DNA of 64,000 bases from Octopus vulgaris. Lineage: Eukaryota. The notes under the pieces are model-generated. The model did no database searches. It worked only from the letters and a program-made list of their open reading frames with translations, and was not told the origin of the DNA. The stretch spans positions 133,114,001 to 133,178,000 of the forward strand of contig OX597816.1 of the NCBI GenBank assembly GCA_951406725.2, given 5' to 3'. A program made the position numbers and the translations under genes. Of this stretch, positions 53,744-64,000 are shown one piece after another. Positions within the stretch are counted from its first letter, which is position 1. Each line of letters begins with the position of its first letter.

Positions 53744-54511
53744 TTAGTTTCCCTGAGTTGCTGTAGTTTTTTTAGTTATTGTGGGTAGAGAGCACTCAGA
53801 CCAGCTGGTATCTCTCTTCCACGTTTCAGCAGTCTTGACAAATCTCCAGATTTGTCCATCTTCCCGAAGACTGAAGCTTTCCTGTAGAGCTGAGTTCCTA
53901 TTCAGGGAAGCCACTACACGTAGCTTTGGGCGTACATCGGATGGTAAGCCTGGGCGTGTTCGGAAGGTGGTCCGATTTTCCCGCCCAGCTTTAACTGAGG
54001 CCAGATGGTAAGAGGTTGCCTCAGTGGGGTCCGTAAAAGACAACTTGATGAGCCTAGGTTTTGGGCCAGGTCGTCCAAGGCGGATAGCACCCGTTGGGGG
54101 AACGCAGCCTAGGTCTTTGGCTGAGTTGGCAGCAAAAGCCTGAAGATCAGCCATGTCTTCTGGCACCCCAATGGCAATGACTTCATGGGTGGCAGAATCC
54201 GCGGTCTTAAATGCGACAAGAGGTACAGGGAGGTTCTTTAGCAGAGCATTCCGATAAGACCCCTCATTGTGGAGTCCAACCTGAATGGTTGCTTTTATTC
54301 CTGCTACTTCCCCTTTTAAAGCACAGATCGATTGTTGCAGTTCTGCAAGAACCGCACTGGTCAATTGGTGTTGTTGTTGTTGCTGCTGTTGCTCTGGTTG
54401 TGGTTGATTTTGTTGTTGCTGTTGTTGTTGTTGATGTTGTTGTTGCTGCTGCTCTGGTTGTGGTTGATTTTGTTGTTGCTGCTGCTCTGGTTGTGGTTGA
54501 TTTTGTTGTTG
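53744..54511 (-). CDS. LINE ORF1, N-terminally truncated
   Basis: Three QQQNQPQPE repeats, a coiled-coil-like segment and the RLG..PRLIKLSF motif seen in CR1-type ORF1; ends QGN*. Confidence 0.8.
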   Translation of the reverse strand, partial: QQQNQPQPEQQQQQNQPQPEQQQQQHQQQQQQQQNQPQPEQQQQQQQHQLTSAVLAELQQSICALKGEVAGIKATIQVGLHNEGSYRNALLKNLPVPLVAFKTADSATHEVIAIGVPEDMADLQAFAANSAKDLGCVPPTGAIRLGRPGPKPRLIKLSFTDPTEATSYHLASVKAGRENRTTFRTRPGLPSDVRPKLRVVASLNRNSALQESFSLREDGQIWRFVKTAETWKRDTSWSECSLPTITKKTTATQGN

Positions 54512-55199
54512 GAAATGGTTGAACAACACCAAGCACAAGCACTTGTACATTGGTCCTTCACAAAGCACCATCAATCAAAATATCCATAATCTCAGCTCTG
54601 TGAACAGACACTGTTGAGAAGTTCCTCATGAACTGACCAATGACCAGGCTCAGCAACGTGTGAATGTTTGCAAACAATTGCAGGTAAATCATCAAGATGC
54701 CCATTTGGCACTTTGAATTGTAACTGGAAACGAAAAATGAATCTTGCTTTAAAATCCTAATACGAGAAATCAATAGCTTTGTTCGGGGCTGGTTTCAGAA
54801 CTTGTTGTCAAGCAAGAGTGGTTTGAACAGAAGGTCATGTTATGTGTTTGGTGAAGTTTTGAGGGGGTGTTGCACTTTCAGTTTGTCCCAGGTGGTCATG
54901 CTGTGAATACTAACCTTTATGCTCAACAATGGCAGTGACTATATGATGCTTTTGAAAACCTGCCTGCCTGCATTGGTCAATTGAAGACACACTCCTACAG
55001 CATAACAATGCCCCAGCACACACTGCCAATATGACCAAGTGGAGAACAGTCGTCGATGTCCTATGCTCCGTAGCGATTAAAGAAGGACTTAAGTAAATAA
55101 GTATTTTAATCCAAAAGAATGGAAATCAAGCATTGTGTGAAGTGAACTCATGATGTAAATAGATGAAACTAGATATGTATGACATTTTGTCCAATGTCT

Positions 55200-55735
55200 C
55201 ATCATCATCATCATCATCATCGTAGCAAGGGCTGGACGGTTTTGACTGAGGGCTGGCAACCAGATGGCTGCACCAGGCTCCAATCTTGATCTGGCATAGT
55301 TTCTACAGCTGGATGCCCTTCCTAACGCCAACCACTCTGAGAGTGTACTGGGTGCTTTTGACGTGCCAACGGCACGGGCGCCAGTCAGGCGGTACTGGCA
55401 ACGACCTTGCTCAAATCTTTTTTACATGTGCCACCGGCACAGGTGCCAGTGAAGCGACGTTGGTAACGATCACGCTCGAATGGTGCCCTTTTACGTGCCA
55501 CGGGTATGGAAGCCAGTTGGCTGCTCTGGCAACGATCACGCTGGGATTAGCACCCTACTAGCACATGCACAAGTGCCAGTAAGGCGACACTGGTAACGAT
55601 CATACTCGAATGGTGCCCTTTTATGTGCCACTAGCATGGAAGCCCGTTAGCCGCTCTGGCAACGATCACACTTGTATGGTGCTCTTTGCACTCCGCTCGC
55701 ACGGATGCTAGTCATTGAATTGATTTTGGTTTTGG
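55200..55735 (-). mobile_element. RTE 3' UTR variant with tandem units
   Basis: Same tail as 35236 and 44687; repeated aacgatcacgctcgaatggtgccctttt. Confidence 0.7.
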
Positions 55736-55948
55736 TTTATTGTTTCATATTTAATTTGTACCAACTTTATTTTTCCCTAGTCATAGAGTATATACTGATA
55801 CTATATACAGTGCTGTTATATCAATGTTCTTTTGTTGACTACGTCGAGTAAGAGGACTGACACGTCATATATCCCATTAGTTATAGGTTGTGTGGCATTA
55901 TTCCATCCATCATGACTTTCAAATCGAATAATACCAGGTATTGCTTAC

Positions 55949-55994
55949 TCTGGATAGGCGTTGTGCGGTCATAGGGATTTGCAACGTCATCCAT
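55949..55994 (-). CDS. Candidate first coding exon of an unknown host gene (MDDVANPYDRTTPIQ..)
   Basis: Polypyrimidine tract plus AG acceptor at 56055-56, aagATGg Kozak context with an upstream in-frame stop, and a GTAAGC donor at 55948. Unique, CpG-retaining sequence. Confidence 0.4.
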
Positions 55995-56161
55995 CTTTAA
56001 AGCACTAGAATCATTCGGATGATTTGAAGAGGGTTCTCGGCCGTAGATTCATTGCTTGAAAAAAAGATGAGAGACAACATTATCACTTGATCAAATCGCC
56101 CCAAACAATTGACAAAACCTACCTATTTCCCTTTTAGAAAACCGTTGACAGTGTATCAAAA

Positions 56162-56258
<97 letters not shown>

Positions 56259-56607
56259 TATTCAACTAACATACTAAGGGAAATAACTCTTCCTATTATA
56301 TTACATTTGGTTGATAAGAGTTTTCGCCCTTAGTATAAGAGTAAATTTTGGTGACCAGACTTCGTTTAGTTTACAAATATATAAGGAAAACATTATCTAA
56401 AAACAATGTTGCTAATTACATTAAGTAATATCATCAGAACTACGACATATCAAAGTAATGTACAAAGGGATAAGAGGACATCATTATATTGATTTTAATG
56501 CGCACGTACATACATGTTAACGTGGACGTTGCCAGTGGCAATCAGTATCTTACTAGTTTTGATGTTCAGGCTACGGATCTCGCCAAGTGTCCAGCTCAAT
56601 ATCCCAT

Positions 56608-56745
56608 AGGCGCAGGCGTAGCTGTGTGGTAAGAAGCTTGCTTCCTAGCCACATGGTTCCAGGATCAATCCCACTGCCTTGCACCTCGAGCCGACCAAAG
56701 CCTTGTGAGTGAATTTGGCAGACGGAAACTGAAAGAAGCACCGTC

Positions 56746-56784
<39 letters not shown>

Positions 56785-56987
56785 TTTATGTCCGTTCCCC
56801 CTTCACTGCTTGAAACTGGTGTTGGTGTGATTACGTCTCCGTAACTTAGCCGTTCGGCAAAAGAAGCCCGATAGGATAAGTACTAGGCTTTAAAACAAAA
56901 AGTCCTTAGGTCGATTTGTTTGACAAAAACTCTTCAAGACGGTGCTCCAGCATGACCGTAGTCAAATGACTGAAACAAATAAAAGAA
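56608..56987 (+). mobile_element. Near full-length SINE family A
   Basis: tRNA-like head, (GT)n spacer, tail ..atgactgaaacaaataaaaga. Confidence 0.85.
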
Positions 56988-57089
56988 TACATACATACAT
57001 ACATACATACATACATACATACATACATACATACATACATACATACATACATACATACATACGTACATAAAACCTACCTACCTAACTGT

Positions 57090-57950
57090 TTTTGCAGTGC
57101 TTGTGCCAACATTTAGGATATTGAACTGGACACATCGACAGTGACACCGACAGGATCTATGTGAGACGAAGTGATGGCGGTAGAGGCATAAGGTCCATCC
57201 AAACAGCCTTTGAACGTCGCATTGTAATCACTCAGAAAACACCTATTGAACAGTAAAGAAAGAAATGAGTACATTCTATGCACACTCAAAAGTGAGAGCA
57301 GCAGCATCTTCGGAGTTGGAGGACTACTGAGCAGGTACTCTGAGAATACAACTGTCTTATGCAACACAAAGGAGGTTGGATTGACCTACCTAAACAATAG
57401 CTTAAGGAAGAAACAGGCAACATACCAGCAAAAGCAAAGCATGGGTATATAACCCTTAAGCTAGAAAATTACAACAGCATTGACAGGAAGAGTAGCCTCT
57501 GCTGGACCTGTGATAAATATATTACATTCCACCTAAAAGTGCATGCCTTCGCAATCCAGGAACAGGGGATAGCTACTAAATACCTGAGAAGCAAGAGAGG
57601 AAAAGATACCACCAAATCCTCATGTGATAAAAATGTCGGCTCTACTATATCAGTGTGGAAGATATCACCCACATCATCAGCTGTTGCTCCAAAATGACAA
57701 TGAAATACAACCTGTCCCTGAGGTATGGTATAGTTGCAAAGACTATTTACAATGTTATCCGAGGGAAAGATTGCCCTGACGTATACATAAAAGACGTGTC
57801 AGAATCGGCATGTATTCACACTTTTAAAAACAAGAAATATTGGTGGAAAACTCCAATAAAAACAGCAATACAGTGCAAACATAACACATCAGATATTGTT
57901 CTGTTGGACAGGGAACTAAATTCATGCACTGTTGTGAAGGTGAGCTGCCT
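57090..57950 (+). mobile_element. R4/Dong-type 3' relic
   Basis: FAIQEQ, EDITHIISCC (CCHC remnant), YWWKTPIKTAIQCKHN.SDIV. Confidence 0.75.
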
Positions 57951-58004
57951 CTCGACTATAAATTCTCATTTGTACCAATCATCAAAGGTGCATTAGGCTA
58001 GGTA

Positions 58005-59278
58005 TTGGATTATCTCGTAAATAATGCATTTTTTTCAATTTCATGAACTAAAAGTTGGAGGAGGGCGGGAGAAACTACCTGCATCAATTTGCTATAAAAG
58101 CAGGTAGTAATATTACCTTGAACTTGCTCTTAGTGCAAGTTTTGAAGAGTCAGTTCGATTTTAAGTTATTTTTTCAAAGCTACAATGGGAGTGATAAAGG
58201 AGCATATTCGGCACATTTTGCTTTATGAGTTCGATAAAGACAACAACACAACAGAAAGTGCAAAGAATATTAATGCAGTGTATAGAGATCGGACAATAAG
58301 CGAAAGCCAGTGTTAACGGTGCTTCCAGAAATTCTGAGTCGAAAACTACAGCCTAGAAGGCGAGCCACGTCCTGGAAGATCTGTAGAGCTCGATGAGGAC
58401 GTCCTGCAAAACCTGGTGGAAAAAAATCCCACGTAACTGTTGAGAAACTAGCAGAGAAGCTTGGATTTAGTCATTCAATCATTCATCGATACTTGCGTGC
58501 CATCGGAAAAATCAGCAAATTGGGTCAATGAGTTCCTTACAAACTTTTCGAGTCTAATCGCGTGCAGAAAGTGAATGTGTGCTCTTCTTTGCAGTCACAT
58601 CTCACGAATGAACCTTTTTTGGACCGAATAGTGACTGGTGACGAGAAATGGATTCTCTATGAAAATGTCAAGTGCCAAATACAGTGGGTAGGGAAAAGAG
58701 AAACACCGGCAACCCAGGCTAAAGAAGGTCTTTACCCAGGTGAGGTGTTGTTATCTATTTGGTGGGATATGAAAGGTTTAGTCCACTTTGGACTTTTAAA
58801 TCTAAACCAAATGATAACAAAGGAGATCTACCGTGAGCAGCTTGAGTGGCTCAAGTCAGTACTAGAAAAAAAACAACCACTTTTGGTTTCGAGATAAAAG
58901 GTGTTCTTCCATCAGGATAATGCTCGGCCACATACAGCAAGGATGACATTCCAAAGGCTGGAGCAGTTCGAATGAGAAAAAATGCCCCAACCACCATATT
59001 CGCCAGACATTACCCCATCTGATTATCATTTATTCGGCAGTTTTCAAAATCATTTGGATAGAAAAAATATGAATTCTGTAGATGAGGTCAGAACAGTACT
59101 GGAGGAGTATTTTTCGACACGGACAAGTGAATTTTGGAAGAGGGGCCTTACAAGTCTACCAGATAGATGGAAATTGTAGAAAATGCAGGAGAATATATTT
59201 TAGATTAAAAAAGAACTTAATTTTGAAAAATAAAAGAGGTATAAAAAAAAAAACGCATTATTTATGGGATGACCCGAA
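58005..59278 (+). mobile_element. Full-length mariner with disrupted D,D34D-type transposase
   Basis: TA-flanked imperfect TIRs; EHIRHILLYEF, IVTGDEKW, HQDNARPH, PYSPDITPSDYHLF. Confidence 0.92.
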
Positions 59279-59279
59279 T

Positions 59280-59371
<92 letters not shown>

Positions 59372-59372
<1 letters not shown>

Positions 59373-59890
59373 CGGGCAAGTTCGGCTGTTGGCACTTCCA
59401 TGCCTGAAGAGCTTCTTTCGAACGGGAAATGTCCCTCTGTAGCACTGCCAAGCCAAAGACCTTTGGAAATTGTCCATGATCTTCGACCCGAAGGTCTTCT
59501 GGAAGAGACTACTCAGACTGTTCTCGTCGATGCCTAGATTCAATCCTAGGCCATCATCACTCATATCCCCAACTAGCCCCCTATAGAGATCTTGGGTTGT
59601 TTTCCTGCTTACGGCTTTTTGGGCAGCTGGTACAATGCAGTGAGCGTCTGGCAACATTCTAGATGCCAAACGCCCAACCTTGGTCTACGTTTGACCCATG
59701 ACTGTAGCTCTGTCAATGAGATGAACTGCGGAAAGACGTGACGCACGAAAGACGCCCACACCAATTCACCTTTATTTTCGTCGTCGTCGTCGTCCACACC
59801 ATCGCAGTGATTTAGATATTTCGGTAGGTGCAACAACATCAAAGCGTGGCGCCGCATCATTAAGGATGGCATTCCAAGACCACCACGATT
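59372..59890 (-). mobile_element. L1/Tx1-clade LINE fragment
   Basis: GGLGMPSL..; FQRSLAWQCYRGTFPVRKKLFRHG..TCP (zf-RVT-like region). Confidence 0.65.
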
Positions 59891-60026
59891 TCCTATATCT
59901 GGTCAGGTGATCATTATATCCCATAAGATTTTGCAGTTCTCATTTTCGGTGACTCCTTCTGGGATTTCTTCATACCACGTCTTTGTTCTTTGTATGCCGT
60001 GATTTCCACAGAACTCCCAATAGATC

Positions 60027-60099
<73 letters not shown>

Positions 60100-60129
60100 G
60101 CTTCACACGTGGAATCCACGCTCGAATCA

Positions 60130-60893
<764 letters not shown>

Positions 60894-63344
60894 GAAAAAA
60901 TCGAGTTAATGTGGCGACAAGAGATTGGATTAAAAGACTTAGATCCTTTTTATTTAATACTTCAACACATTGTTAACGTTTGGCCTTCTCAACAGGCATA
61001 GTATGATTTGTTATTAAAATGTTTTCAGATTCAATAAGATGTTTAATTTTTTCATTTTCATGTTTATTAATTTTTTTCATTTTTTATGTTTATTAATCTT
61101 TTCACTTTTCATGTTTATTAATTTTAAAATTTTGTTTTTGTTGTTTTATTGAGGGTTAAACAATCTTTTTAGTTGAGAGAGATAACCAAAAGTACTGATA
61201 TTTCTTGTAAAACGGGGAGAGTAACCCAATTTTTTAATGGGGGTGAGATAACCAAAAAGTACCGATAGACGTTAATAACAGAATTAATTGAAACACGCTT
61301 GTCGTGCAAACCCTTCTTTCAAGGCTCATAGAAGACAAAACATTCGTTAATTACGAAATATTCTCGCCTACAGCACTAAAGGACTGTACCTACTGATATT
61401 CATAAAGGGTTTGATCAAAAGACGATAAGTCGAAATGCACGGTGCTGGTCGTTGAATACAAACTATCAAATCTACTGCTATCATATTTATGGTCGTATCG
61501 GTTTGGACATCAATAGTCAACCGATTTTATCTGTAAGCAGACATTAGTATATAATTAACAGATACATCATTTTAGGAACATGTTTACAAATTTTATAGAT
61601 TGGCAGATAGAGGAAATGTAAAGGATAGATAACAGCATACGTTTCGCTAATAATCAAAGAACTGTTCACATAACTGTCCCTCTCCAGATTTCTGTTGAAG
61701 TGGTTCTTTGTAAAGCAAATATAACAGACGGGAAGTTTACTCTCGTTTTTGCCCGACGTCAATACAAACATACGCCGTCTTTGCATCACAGATACATACA
61801 TCAATAAAATAAGTATGGTAATAGCCAAGAGCAAATACGTGTGTCTTTGAATGATATACTTACATATATCGTAACCAACATCCAAATGAGGAGGTCATTA
61901 TGGTTCCCCAAGCAATACATTGAAAGCATTGAACTTCACAAATTTGCAGAATATGAAAGCGTTGTTCGAAAGTTCATTTAGTACAAAAGGGCTAAAGCAT
62001 GCAACAACTAACACGGGTACTTCAAATTCATGATCTTAATTACTAAAACTAGAAAGCATCAAGAGATTTGTTATCAGAAAGGCCTTCTAAAGCGAAATAA
62101 ACAAACCAGAATGTAACTTAAATAAATACACAAGTAAATAAATATAAATAAATGAATAAACCTATTAAAAATAAGATTTAGTTATGAATTCTAACGTAGA
62201 TAATTTATATGGACATTGAAATATAGAATCATTTCCAGCAAAAATATTCCCAGTTCAACAGAAATGAATTTAGGTAGATAAAACAGAATTTAGCTCATAT
62301 GTCTCTTAAAATATGTCAGTGTTCAAAACGAAATTTCTTTCAAAACACCGCACCTCATTATAAAATATGAACAAAAATTACATACATCAAAATCGAAAAA
62401 TTCCAAACTGCGCATTAAAAAAACATTAGTATAATCAACTAAATTACTGTTGTTTTTTGTGAGTTGATGTCTTTGTATTACTTGAGTTCTACAATAATCT
62501 TCCCTACACCAAGAAATGTTTAATCTTGTACATTTACTTAGTAAATTTTTTTCATCATTATTTCGGCAAGAACAATGTAAATTAATGCTTTGCTGAGGTC
62601 AGAATAAGATCGAAACATGTTCAATATTCTTCTGTATTTCTAGAAAAAAGTAAATAATATCAGTCACTTATTAATTCAGTATATATTTCTATTTAGCTTT
62701 CATAGCAATGATCTATGCATTGTGTTACACATTCATATCTATGTGTATACGTAGGTATACGTGTGTAGACCACATACCCACTTTTGGCACTATTTGTTAG
62801 TAAACAGTATGAGCTACGTCTAAGGCGGAGACGCACAATACATATCACTCCGCTATATTTTGACAGTTCGTAAAACAGGTAAAGTAAATAAACACGTAAA
62901 ACAATAAACAATGCCTTCATTGAATTGTCTATCATCCCATCAAGAACGAAACAATGCATAACACATTGAATATCTCAACATTAAGCTAACAGCACACAAC
63001 TCTCTCAATGGATCGCAGTCCTCAATATGAATCAAAAATTGCATGTCTGAACCCTAGTTTCAATTAAATAGAGTTTCCCCTTTTTACAAAGGTCGATTTA
63101 CGTTCATTGTTTCTTATTTTGAAAAATCCAAAACACAGTTATTTTATCTTTATTCGCTTTATTTATGCTGAAATTTTTTGAGAAACTGAATAGATGCTGT
63201 TACGCAAACAATATAATTGATACCGTTTCTCACTTAATGAACGAAGTAACACAAAAAAGATAGAATGAACAGGAGTTGACTTTGTTCCTGTTAGTTTCCT
63301 CTATATATAAACTACTTCATGATGTTTAAGTGAACCTATCTGTC

Positions 63345-63735
63345 ATCTTTTACCTTTTATTTATTTCATTCGTTAGATTGCGGTCATGCTGGGGCATCAC
63401 CTTCAGGAATTTTATTCGAACTAATCGACCCCAGTACTTAATTTCTTTTTAAGCCTGATACTTATTTTATCGGTCATTTTTGCTGAACCACTAATTTAAA
63501 GGGACGTAAACACACCAACACTGGTTGCCAAATGGTGGTGGGGAGAAACACAGGCACAGTGACACACACACATACATACACATACGACGAGCTTCTTTCA
63601 GTTTCCGTCTACCAAATCCACTCACAAGATTTTGGTCGATCCGAGGCTATAGTAGAAGACACTTGCTCAAGATATAATGCAGCGGGACTGAACCCAGAAC
63701 CATGTGGTTGGGGAGCAAACTTCTTAGCCACACCT
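63345..63735 (-). mobile_element. Near full-length SINE family A
   Basis: Reverse-complement match to 56608-56987. Confidence 0.85.
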
Positions 63736-64000
63736 AATGTAATCAACCTAAACATCTGGACCTTGAAGCACATATAAGTTAATACAGAGTGGGACAGAAA
63801 GGAAGAACTTCCGCCAACGGTGGTTGATATCTGACAACAAATTGTCATCTATAAGATGAGATACGAATGGAGAACGTAAGTAAGTCGCTTAACCAGGAGA
63901 TATTCATAACTGAAACATATGCAGAGGATAAATTCTCGTTTTGAATATATGTATTTCTTGTTTACACTTAAAAGAGTAACGGTTCTATCATTCATTTACT

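Larger units (their letters stand above)
50853..54511 (-). mobile_element. Young 5'-truncated CR1-type LINE
   Basis: Partial ORF1, uninterrupted ORF2, short 3' UTR and (ATT)n tail; richer in GC and CpG than the flanks. Confidence 0.93.
50620..55040 (+). mobile_element. Mariner relic split by the CR1 insertion (pieces ~50620-50852 and 54506-55040)
   Basis: Left piece EINDVEGSGTV..VAQNWF..KPRPRRSSVVED; right piece LLEMVEQ..EVPHEL..IVTGNEK..HNNAPAH. Confidence 0.8.

Noticed and set aside
54512-54574. Predicted N-terminus of the 276-aa ORF1 (MMVLCEGP..)
   Set aside because: It is antisense mariner sequence read through the insertion junction.
51100-54589. Plus-strand and alternative-frame ORFs inside the LINE
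   Set aside because: They are shadow ORFs of a GC-richer coding region.
56608-56690. tRNA genes at SINE heads
   Set aside because: Only A/B-box remnants are present, there is no full cloverleaf, and they are attached to SINE bodies.

Overview
AT-rich, microsatellite-dense animal genomic DNA. It is most likely octopus or another coleoid cephalopod, inferred from the SINE families and repeat landscape and not verified. Most of the window is non-coding and layered with transposon relics: mariners, Tc1, Tigger/pogo, Helitrons, piggyBac-, hAT- and Kolobok-like MITEs, Penelope-like elements with hammerhead-ribozyme motifs, RTE, R4/Dong and Tx1 LINE fragments, a Gypsy gag fragment and two tRNA-derived SINE families. 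The only long intact ORF is ORF2 (APE endonuclease + RT) of a young, 5'-truncated CR1-type LINE (50853-54511, minus strand) inserted in a mariner. That ORF2 has no ATG before its catalytic motifs and is joined to ORF1 by a G GGA AAC slippery heptamer, suggesting -1 frameshifting. Candidate host sequences are a plus-strand exon ending ...LLRHIRF-GKR (possible RFamide precursor, ~34.6 kb) and a minus-strand first coding exon at ~56 kb that coincides with a switch from CpG-depleted to CpG-retaining sequence. All calls were made by eye, and relic boundaries are approximate.
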